A DNA stretch of 64,000 nucleotides from Spirochaetia bacterium. GTDB lineage: Bacteria > Spirochaetota > Spirochaetia > DSM-2461. Positions 30,084-38,340 of the stretch are shown here, piece after piece. The notes under the pieces were generated by a model that did not search any database, was not told the DNA's origin, and worked only from the letters and a program-made list of their open reading frames with translations. Position numbers and translations under genes: made by a program. Numbering within the stretch: position 1 is the first letter of the stretch; every line of letters starts with the position of its first letter. The stretch spans positions 128,001 through 192,000 of the forward strand of contig CAXXIA010000002.1 in NCBI GenBank assembly GCA_963666985.2. Direction: 5' to 3'.

Positions 30084-31505
30084 TCACGCTTTCTCCAACC
30101 TCGCGCCGTCCGGTGTATCCACGACCTTCCATCCGAGAGAGGCCAATTCGTCGCGAACCTCATCCGCCGCGGCCCAATCCTTGTTTTCCCGGGCAATCCG
30201 GCGGCGTTCCAACAGCTCAGTGAGTCCCGTATCTTCCTCGGCCGCTTTATCCTCATCTCCCGCAAGATCGAAATCGAGTCCGAGCACGCCGTCCATGTCC
30301 AAAAGAGCCGCAAGCCGTTCGGCCGCGGGAATGTTCCCATCCTTTGCCAGCTGCCAGGCTTCGGCCAGGGCGCGCGGTGTATTCAAATCATCCGAGAGGG
30401 CCTCGTCAAACGCTTCCAGGTAGGCCCGGGCGGCTTCGCCCAAGTCATTGAGAGCCGTATCCGCATCTCCGACTTCACGCTTCAAAGCAGCCACGCGGCC
30501 GAGAAGAGAACGGCGGGCCGAACGGGCCCCGTCCAAAGATTCTGAGGAAAACACAAGCTGGGAGCGATAATGCCCTCCCAGGAGAAAATAGCGGTAATCC
30601 AGGGGATCATACCCGTCGTCAACAAGACTTTGGAGCGTGAGAAATCCGCCCTTGCTCTTGGACATCTTGCCGCCCTTCATAATCAAAAATTCATTATGAA
30701 GCCAGTAATTCACCCATTTTTTGCCGAAAGCCGCCTCGCTCTGGGCAATTTCGTTCGTATGATGAACCGGAATATGGTCAATACCGCCGGTATGAATGTC
30801 GAACTGTTCGCCCAGGTATTTGGAACTCATGGCCGAGCATTCCAGATGCCACCCCGGATAGCCCCTGCCCCACGGTGAATCCCAAATCATGGCCTGGTTT
30901 TCATACTTGCTGTTGGTGAACCACAAAACGAAATCCAGGGGATTTTTCTTATTCTCATCCACATCCACCCGGGCGCCGTGCTGCAGATCCTGCCTGTCGA
31001 GCAGAGCCATGCGGCCGTAGTCGGGCAGCTTCGCCGTATCGAAATACACATTCCCGCCTGAAAGATAGGTAAAGCCGTTTTCTTCCAAACGCTTGACCAA
31101 AGCGATCATGTCGCCGATGTGTTCGGTGGCCTTGCAGGCGATGGTGGGCCGGCGAATATTCAGACTTTCGGTATCGGAGAAAAAGGCCTTTGTAAAGAAC
31201 TCGGCGATTTCCCAGACGCTCATGCCGCGCTCGCGCGCGCCTTTGATCATCTTGTCCTCGCCCTCATCCCCGTCGTCGGTCAGATGCCCCACATCCGTGA
31301 TGTTCATCACATGGGTTACCGAATAACCGAAACGCTCGAGAATCCGGTCAAGAAAATCCCAATGCGTATAGGCCCTTAAGTTCCCGATATGCGCATAATT
31401 ATAAACGGTCGGTCCGCAGCTGTAGAAACCCACTTTGCCTTCTTCCATGGGAACAAAATCCTGCAGATGCCTGCCGTCGGAATTATAAAGACGAAGAGAT
31501 TTCAC
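30084..31505 (-). CDS. cysS: cysteine--tRNA ligase
   Basis: YSCGPTVYNYAHIGN, PGWHLECSAM, KMSKS. Confidence 0.98.
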   Translation of the reverse strand: MKSLRLYNSDGRHLQDFVPMEEGKVGFYSCGPTVYNYAHIGNLRAYTHWDFLDRILERFGYSVTHVMNITDVGHLTDDGDEGEDKMIKGARERGMSVWEIAEFFTKAFFSDTESLNIRRPTIACKATEHIGDMIALVKRLEENGFTYLSGGNVYFDTAKLPDYGRMALLDRQDLQHGARVDVDENKKNPLDFVLWFTNSKYENQAMIWDSPWGRGYPGWHLECSAMSSKYLGEQFDIHTGGIDHIPVHHTNEIAQSEAAFGKKWVNYWLHNEFLIMKGGKMSKSKGGFLTLQSLVDDGYDPLDYRYFLLGGHYRSQLVFSSESLDGARSARRSLLGRVAALKREVGDADTALNDLGEAARAYLEAFDEALSDDLNTPRALAEAWQLAKDGNIPAAERLAALLDMDGVLGLDFDLAGDEDKAAEEDTGLTELLERRRIARENKDWAAADEVRDELASLGWKVVDTPDGARLEKA

Positions 31506-31554
31506 ATCAGTGCTCCGGTTGCGGTACCTGCGCCGCGGGAATAAGATGGTTCAC

Positions 31555-32469
31555 GTGCAGAAGAAACTACCCGAATCGGATGACATATTCAATATAGAGG
31601 GAATTTTCCTCGTCTCCGAACCCATGTGGCGTCATACCACTTTCGCCGTCGGAGGACCGGCCGATTATTACGCGGTTCCTTCCGGAGCGGAAGACCTCCG
31701 AACCCTGCTGATCAGTGCAAAGCGTTCCGCTCTGGATCTTTTCGTGCTCGGAGGCGGCTCCAACCTTCTGGTATCCGACCGGGGCATCCGCGGTTTGGTC
31801 ATCGATACCCGCCGCTTCGACGAATATCGCACCGAAAACGGCCTTTTGGTTCTGGGGGGCGGCCTATCCGTTTCCGACGCCGCCTGGAAGGCCGGCTCGG
31901 CCGGACTTAAGGGACTTGATTTCCTTTTCGGCATGCCCGGAAGCGTCGGCGGCGCCCTGTGGATGAACGCCCGTTGCTATGATGAGGAGATGGCCGACGT
32001 GCTGGAATGGATGGACGTTATGAACCCCGCCGGCAGCGTTCGGCGAATCGCCATGGACCGGAAAGAATGGGGCTACAAACAGTCGCCGCTTCAAACGGGC
32101 GGCCTGATTGTTCTCAGGGCCGCTTTTAGAACGTCCAAAGGAAATCCCGAAACCCTGCGAGCCGCCATGAGGGAAAAACGAAACGACCGTGAGGCCAAAG
32201 GGCACTACCGATTCCCCTGCGCCGGAAGCGCCTTTAAAAATAATCGCTCCTTCGGGGAACCGTCGGGAATTCTGATTGACCGCTGCGGGCTAAAAGGATT
32301 AAGAATCGGTGGAGCATCGGTTTCCGGCTGGCACGGGAACATCATCGTGAACGACCGCGGCGCCAAGGCGGACGATATCAGACGTCTTCTGGAAGAAACC
32401 GCCGCGAACGTTGAACGGGAAACCGGGTTTAGAATGGAGCAAGAAGTGCTTTTTGTGGGCGAATGGTAG
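31555..32469 (+). CDS. murB: UDP-N-acetylmuramate dehydrogenase
   Basis: HTTFAVGGPA, LGGGSNLLV, PGSVGGALWMNA, AGSAFKN; start chosen from the promoter geometry (ATG 31546 is an alternative). Confidence 0.95.
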   Translation: MQKKLPESDDIFNIEGIFLVSEPMWRHTTFAVGGPADYYAVPSGAEDLRTLLISAKRSALDLFVLGGGSNLLVSDRGIRGLVIDTRRFDEYRTENGLLVLGGGLSVSDAAWKAGSAGLKGLDFLFGMPGSVGGALWMNARCYDEEMADVLEWMDVMNPAGSVRRIAMDRKEWGYKQSPLQTGGLIVLRAAFRTSKGNPETLRAAMREKRNDREAKGHYRFPCAGSAFKNNRSFGEPSGILIDRCGLKGLRIGGASVSGWHGNIIVNDRGAKADDIRRLLEETAANVERETGFRMEQEVLFVGEW

Positions 32470-32577
32470 CCTTAGGGCCTGTAAAAGGCTGAAAAAGAAC
32501 CGGCTCACACTCAAAGGACCTGCAAAAAAAAACGCAAAGCGTCGGAAAATCACAGGCGAAACGATGGGAGAGTCGAT

Positions 32578-33918
32578 ATGGCGGAAACAATCGAAACCTT
32601 GCGGCGCATTCTGGAAGAGGGAGACGAAGCCCTCCGCTCGGAACTCCCCGACTTTTCCGTATCGGAACTGGCCGATTGGTGGTACGAACTCGACGAGGAG
32701 GAAAGCCTCAAGGTTTTTTTGGCCTTAAGTCAGGACGTACGGGGAGAACTTATCTCGGAACTCTCCTCAACCGACCAGCGCGACCTTGTTACGGCTCTTT
32801 CGGAGCAGGCGACCAAAGATCTTCTGGAGGTGATGGATCCGGACGATCTTGTCGACCTTATCCAGGCGGTTTCGCCCGAAGTGCGCTCCGAGGTTCTCGG
32901 GCACCTCAGCGATGAGGCGCGCAAAGAGGCCGAATTTCTTCTCCGTTTCGATGACGATGACGCCGCCGGTCTCATGACAACCAAATACGCGGCCATTCGC
33001 GCCGACATCAATGTCGGACATGCCCTGGCCTTTCTCAGACGCTCTTCGGAAGATTTGGAAACCATTTACTACGTTTATGTCGTCGACGGCCTCCAGCGGC
33101 TGAGCGGAGTTGTCTCTCTGCGGCAGATTCTTATGGCTTCGGACGATAAAAAAATCGCCGAAATCATGGAACGCAACCTCATCAGTGTTCGGGACGATAC
33201 GGACCAGGAGGAAACGGCGAAGGTTCTGGAAAATCATGACCTGATCGCGCTGCCCGTCGTGGACCGCTGGAACCGCCTTTTGGGTATCGTTACCTTCGAC
33301 GATGTTATCGACGTTATCCGTGAAGAGCAGAGCGAAGACGTTTACAGGATGAACGCCATCGGCGGTGAAGCCGAGCAATACCTCGACTCATCCATACCCA
33401 AACTCATCTGGCGCCGTCTGCCCTGGCTCGTCCTTTTACTTCTGGCCGGAACGATTACAACCAATGTTCTGGCCGGATACGAATCGCTGATGGCCCAATT
33501 CGCCTTTTTAGCCCTTTTTATTCCTGTTATCACTCAAACCGGCGGCAACTCCGGCACCCAGTCCTCCACCCTGATGATCCGGGGGTTGGCGACGGGTCAT
33601 CTCCATTTTCATCTCATCGGACGGGCGATTTTGAAGGAACTGCTGACGGGGATGGCCATCGGGATTGCAACCGGAGTCGTGATCTTTTTAAGAAGCGTTC
33701 TTCTTCCGCCGGGAGTCGGGATAACCGAAGCCCTGGCCGTGGCCGTTTCGCTCAGCGCCGTCGTGCTCTTCGCCACGCTTCTGGGCTGTCTGGTTCCGTT
33801 CATCATCGACAGATTCGGCGGAGATCCCGCGGTGGCGGCGGGCCCGCTGATGTCCACGCTCATCGACGTGGCCGGTCTTTCGCTGTATTTCGAAATATCC
33901 CGGCTTCTGCTGGTCTGA
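32578..33918 (+). CDS. mgtE: magnesium transporter MgtE
   Basis: N-domain, two CBS domains, RRLPWL, GGNSGTQS, DPAVAAGPLMSTLID. Confidence 0.96.
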   Translation: MAETIETLRRILEEGDEALRSELPDFSVSELADWWYELDEEESLKVFLALSQDVRGELISELSSTDQRDLVTALSEQATKDLLEVMDPDDLVDLIQAVSPEVRSEVLGHLSDEARKEAEFLLRFDDDDAAGLMTTKYAAIRADINVGHALAFLRRSSEDLETIYYVYVVDGLQRLSGVVSLRQILMASDDKKIAEIMERNLISVRDDTDQEETAKVLENHDLIALPVVDRWNRLLGIVTFDDVIDVIREEQSEDVYRMNAIGGEAEQYLDSSIPKLIWRRLPWLVLLLLAGTITTNVLAGYESLMAQFAFLALFIPVITQTGGNSGTQSSTLMIRGLATGHLHFHLIGRAILKELLTGMAIGIATGVVIFLRSVLLPPGVGITEALAVAVSLSAVVLFATLLGCLVPFIIDRFGGDPAVAAGPLMSTLIDVAGLSLYFEISRLLLV

Positions 33919-33925
33919 ATTCCGC

Positions 33926-34721
33926 ATGCACAATCCGTACGCCCCTCTGCCGGAAGATTTCTATCTGCGCGGAACCCTGGATGTGGCCCGTCATCTGCTG
34001 GGACGCCTTCTGATTGTCGGAGAAGCCCGGGGAGAAGATCTCGCCGGGTACGATTCGGCTTCGCCGCCGATGAACCTTTCGAGCGGACCTTCCGGAACCG
34101 GAAGAATCGTGCGGGATTACGGTTCGCCCGCCGCCGGCGGACCGAAGGATGCCGAAAATCCCGCGCCGTCCCGCGTTCTCGCCCGCATCATTGAAACCGA
34201 AGCCTATCTTTGGGACGATCCGGCTTCCCATTCCTTCCGGGGCCTCACCCGAAGAAACGCTTCGATGTTTCTGGAAGGAGGTTCCGCTTACGTTTACCGG
34301 ATTTACGGGATCCACCGCTGTCTGAACGCCGTGACTTCTCCGGCCGGAATCGGAGAGGCGGTTCTCATCCGGGCCGTTGAGCCGCTGGAAGGAATCGCAT
34401 CGATGTGGCGGCGCCGATACGGAGAAGAAATGCCCGAAGAAACCGCCGACGTCTTGCGGACATCGGAAAAGAACACTCCTCCAAGCCGCATCCGAAACTT
34501 ATGCAGCGGTCCGGGGAAGCTCTGCCGAGCCCTCGGCATAGAAGTAACAGAAACACGACGGCACCGATCTTCGAAGCGGCCCCATACGCATCCTTCGGGG
34601 TTTTCCGGTGGAAGATGGAGCGGTCGGTCGCAGCGTTCGGATCGGACTCTCCGAAGGGAAAGGCGATAAGCGGCCGTGGCGCTACTTTATCGCGGGAAAT
34701 CCTTATCTCAGCCGCCGCTGA
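33926..34721 (+). CDS. mpg: 3-methyladenine DNA glycosylase (one apparent frameshift near 34551)
   Basis: IIETEAY, YVYRIYGIH, AVLIRAVEP, SGPGKLCRALGI. Removing one A in GAAACAC restores ..RIGLSEGKGDKRPWRYFIAGNPYLSRR-stop. Confidence 0.88.
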
Positions 34722-34778
34722 GCGCCTCAGCCCGCAAGCGATACGGATAATCCCGTCTTCGGATTTCTTCTCTGCCGA

Positions 34779-35318
34779 TCAGCGCACGAATTCCTTGCTG
34801 ACCGTCCGAAAATGAGGATGGGAAGCTCCTTTCAGCCACTCGAAAGCAATCATTTCCCGGCTGACGATCCGCACGCCCTCATCTCTCATCCTCGCCAGAG
34901 CCAGCTCTTTATCCCGCGGACGGCGTGAACCGACGGCTTCATCCGCTATAAAGACGTCTTTCCCTTGAGAGCGAAAATCAAGGGCGGTCTGCAAAACACA
35001 GACGTGGGCTTCAATTCCGCAAAGAATCACTTGCGTTCTGTCGTTTCCCGGCAGCCCGGCAAGACATCCGTCCGCACAGGAAAAGGCGGTTTTCTCCCCC
35101 ACCGCTCCCGCTGCGAATTCATTTCGAAGCTCGGGAACGGTCGCTCCCAAACCTTTGGGATACTGTTCGCTGGCCATAACCGGAATTTCGAGAAGATTCG
35201 CCAGTCTCGTCAGCCAAAGCGCATTTTCAAGAATCCGTTCTTTCTCATGAATAACCGGAAGGAGTTTTTCCTGGATATCGATTACAAGGAGAACCGACTG
35301 TGCCGCATCAATTTTCAT
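34779..35318 (-). CDS. isochorismatase-family cysteine hydrolase
   Basis: LLVIDIQEKL, SEQYPKGLG, KTAFSC, GIEAHVCVLQTALD. Confidence 0.93.
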   Translation of the reverse strand: MKIDAAQSVLLVIDIQEKLLPVIHEKERILENALWLTRLANLLEIPVMASEQYPKGLGATVPELRNEFAAGAVGEKTAFSCADGCLAGLPGNDRTQVILCGIEAHVCVLQTALDFRSQGKDVFIADEAVGSRRPRDKELALARMRDEGVRIVSREMIAFEWLKGASHPHFRTVSKEFVR

Positions 35319-35466
35319 GGCAACAGTATCACCCGAACCGGATTCTCAAGCAATGGAGGGATTCCTCAAAAAAAAGCGTCATTTTCCCCATGCGGGCGGA
35401 GAATTGCCCAACACCTTATTGAAGTCTTCGAAGCGTTTGGCCGATACCGAAGATAAGGGGCAAACT

Positions 35467-38340
35467 ATGTCCCGGCCCTTTGAGGAAGATATGAGCCGAA
35501 ACGACACGATAGACGAGAACGCCCTCTGGGCTTTATTGATTGATCTCCAAAAGGCAGCCGAGACGACGTTCTCACGCGCGGTTAAAGCACGAAAGAATAC
35601 ATCATTCGGTCCTTTGAGCGCCTCCTTAAGACGCATGCACTGGGCGGCGGCCTTCCTTGCGCTTACCGATCTCGCCGACATCTGCGCGGCGGGAGCCGCT
35701 TTCGTCTATCAGCTCCAGGACGGACGAAGCCCATGGTCGAACGAACTGACGGCCGCTGTAAAAACACTTCTCAAACGCACACGGGCCTTTATCGAGGCCA
35801 GAGCCTCGGAACCCGCCGCGGGAGTTTTCATCGACAGCCATGACGCGGTTCTTCAGGGGCCGCAGCTCCTCAGACCCGTTCCCACGGACGACCTGAAATC
35901 CCTCTTCCGACGGCGCCAGATCGATATCAATCGCGTATCGGCGACTCACCATCTTACCGTGAGTCAGGATGAAGCGTTCAGTCACGCCATTACCGTTCCG
36001 TCTTTCGCCAAGCAGCGTCATAAGCCCAACAAACACCTCACCCTGGTTTACCTTGATTTGGAAGAACAGGAAGAAAGTCTTACGGAATTGGTGGAAATCT
36101 TCGAAGCGGCGTTTGAATCTTCACAGATTCTCCTCCACGGTCCTTTGGGGATTCCATGGAGCAAGTACAGAAATTACACGGAGAACCGTCCTTATTACAT
36201 TCTGCTCGATACCGTTGATGAAGCACAGGAATGGCTCCGCTCCGCCGGATTAAAAGGGCGCGTCGTCAAAGTTCTGAAAACCCCGGAAAAGGAATCCTCA
36301 TCGGACGAGCCGAAAGTCATCATCCGCGAGATACCGGTTCAGCATGCCGCTCCCGCACCCGTTCGAACCTCCACGGGATTTTCCGCGGAAATTATAGAAC
36401 CCGGAGAACCGGGCAGCCTTGAACCCTTAAGCGGCCGCGCCGGAAGACGCCCACCGCGTAAAAAAAAGAAAATCAAGAACCGGGACTTAAACATTCGCTT
36501 CCCCGTCGGAGCGAAGCTCATCCTCATCGTTTCCATCATCATCATTGTCGCCATGACAACCCTCACCTACTTAGCCCTCTTTTTCTTCCAGAAGGAAACG
36601 GAGAACAGAGTCCGGGACACGAACCTTTCCCTCTCCCGAATCGTGGCGCAGCAGGCCGAGAAGGAAATCGTTCAACTGTTCGATTCGGCGAATCTGCTGT
36701 TCCAAATCGGCGGCGCCGCCGGAGGCTCTGTTTCGCTGGTCGGCGACTTCTTCGACAACTCGCAATCACTGATTTATGTCGGGATTCCAAACAGTGATAT
36801 GAATTTTTCAAATCGCGACTGGTTCCGCGCCAATCGGATTTTCAACGAATCCGCCGTACTTCAGGACATTTTCACGGAACGATCGGAAGACTTCGAAAAG
36901 GCCAAGGCCGGTGAAACGGTCGTAATCAACGTTTCACCGCTTATTTCAAACCTCGAAACCCCGGTTATCGCCTTGGCGGCTCCTTTCCTTTTGGGCGGCA
37001 CGCAGGAGGCTCTTATCGTTCTGGCGGATGTCGGCGACACACTTGCCGAAAGCGTTCGTATTCAGGAAGGCTTTACAACCACCGTTATCATCAATTCCGA
37101 AGGTGAGATTCTGGCTCATCCCGACTACACCCGAATCTTCGGCGGCGAAACACTCCGCGACTCGGCGGTATTCCAGGAAATGTACGGAAAAGGACTGCCC
37201 GAAGGTCAGCTGGTTTTCCGAGAAAATACAGCGGAAGGAAGCAAGGATGTCATCGGGTCGTTTTCCCTGATTTCGGTCGGCAATCTCGGAGTCGTCACAA
37301 CGGTTCTGAAAGAGGATGCCTTCAGCGTTGTCGACTATATTCAAAAGCTCAATCTCTACATGCTCGGAGCCATTCTGTCCCTGGCTATTCTCGCGGTTTA
37401 CTTTTTCTCGTTCAGAATCTCCAATCCGCTGAAAGAACTGACATTGGCCACGCGCATGATTAAAGCCGGGAACTGGAATATTGCCGTGAAGCCCCGTTCT
37501 TCGGACGAAGTGGGTCAGCTGACGAGGAACTTCATGAGCATGATTCCTTCACTGGAGGCAAGAGACCGCCTGAAGCAAAAAACGGAAACCTTCATCAACC
37601 GTCAGGTGGCGGCCATGATCGACGAAGATCGGCTGCCGGACCATGCCGAAACGAAAAACGTTACGGTGTTCTTCTCGGATGTTCGAGGTTTCACGGCAAT
37701 GAGCGAGGCCATGGGCGATCCCCAAATAGTCCTCGACAATCTTTCGGAATACTTCAAAGCCATGGTGCCCTGCGTCGAAGAAACCGGCGGAACCGTGGAT
37801 AAATTCATCGGCGATGCCGTCATGGCCGTATGGGGGAGCATGCAGGATCTGCCCAATAATGCCGAATCCGCCGTGAACGGCGCTTTAAAGATGCGCAGCG
37901 CCCTGAAAGAATTCAATTTTTCCCGGGGAACACCCAATCGGCCGATTTTTCATATCGGCTGCGGACTGAACAGCGGCCCGGCCACCGTCGGTCTCATGGG
38001 CGATCAGACGACAAAAATGGAATGGGCACATATGGGAGATACGGTGAATTTGGCCAGCCGCATCGAAGCGCTGAATAAGCCCATGGGAACGGACATTCTT
38101 ATTTCCCAAGGCACGGCCGATCTGGTGGAAGGCATTTACGATTTGGTTCCCATGAATAAAATCAAAGTGAAAGGAAAGGGCCGGCCGCAGCAAATTTATG
38201 CCGTCCTCGGCCGCATGGACGACGATTTCCGACCGCGCAGCCTGGCCGAAATGAGGGCCATGGTCGGCATTACCGGCGATTTCGGCAATGTGTCGATTAC
38301 GGAAGAACATGAAGTCAAGTACGAAATCCTCGATTCGTAA
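35467..38340 (+). CDS. class III adenylate/guanylate cyclase with Cache-like sensor, HAMP and long cytoplasmic N-terminal extension
   Basis: TM-periplasmic-TM, HAMP (NPLKELT..DEVGQLTRNF), catalytic VFFSDVRGFT, DKFIGDAVMA, GDTVNLASRIE. Confidence 0.92.
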   Translation: MSRPFEEDMSRNDTIDENALWALLIDLQKAAETTFSRAVKARKNTSFGPLSASLRRMHWAAAFLALTDLADICAAGAAFVYQLQDGRSPWSNELTAAVKTLLKRTRAFIEARASEPAAGVFIDSHDAVLQGPQLLRPVPTDDLKSLFRRRQIDINRVSATHHLTVSQDEAFSHAITVPSFAKQRHKPNKHLTLVYLDLEEQEESLTELVEIFEAAFESSQILLHGPLGIPWSKYRNYTENRPYYILLDTVDEAQEWLRSAGLKGRVVKVLKTPEKESSSDEPKVIIREIPVQHAAPAPVRTSTGFSAEIIEPGEPGSLEPLSGRAGRRPPRKKKKIKNRDLNIRFPVGAKLILIVSIIIIVAMTTLTYLALFFFQKETENRVRDTNLSLSRIVAQQAEKEIVQLFDSANLLFQIGGAAGGSVSLVGDFFDNSQSLIYVGIPNSDMNFSNRDWFRANRIFNESAVLQDIFTERSEDFEKAKAGETVVINVSPLISNLETPVIALAAPFLLGGTQEALIVLADVGDTLAESVRIQEGFTTTVIINSEGEILAHPDYTRIFGGETLRDSAVFQEMYGKGLPEGQLVFRENTAEGSKDVIGSFSLISVGNLGVVTTVLKEDAFSVVDYIQKLNLYMLGAILSLAILAVYFFSFRISNPLKELTLATRMIKAGNWNIAVKPRSSDEVGQLTRNFMSMIPSLEARDRLKQKTETFINRQVAAMIDEDRLPDHAETKNVTVFFSDVRGFTAMSEAMGDPQIVLDNLSEYFKAMVPCVEETGGTVDKFIGDAVMAVWGSMQDLPNNAESAVNGALKMRSALKEFNFSRGTPNRPIFHIGCGLNSGPATVGLMGDQTTKMEWAHMGDTVNLASRIEALNKPMGTDILISQGTADLVEGIYDLVPMNKIKVKGKGRPQQIYAVLGRMDDDFRPRSLAEMRAMVGITGDFGNVSITEEHEVKYEILDS

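Noticed and set aside
32470..32577. M-box or c-di-GMP-I riboswitch before mgtE (contains ACGCAAAGC)
   Set aside because: Too short for an M-box, and the GEMM P1/P2 stems are missing
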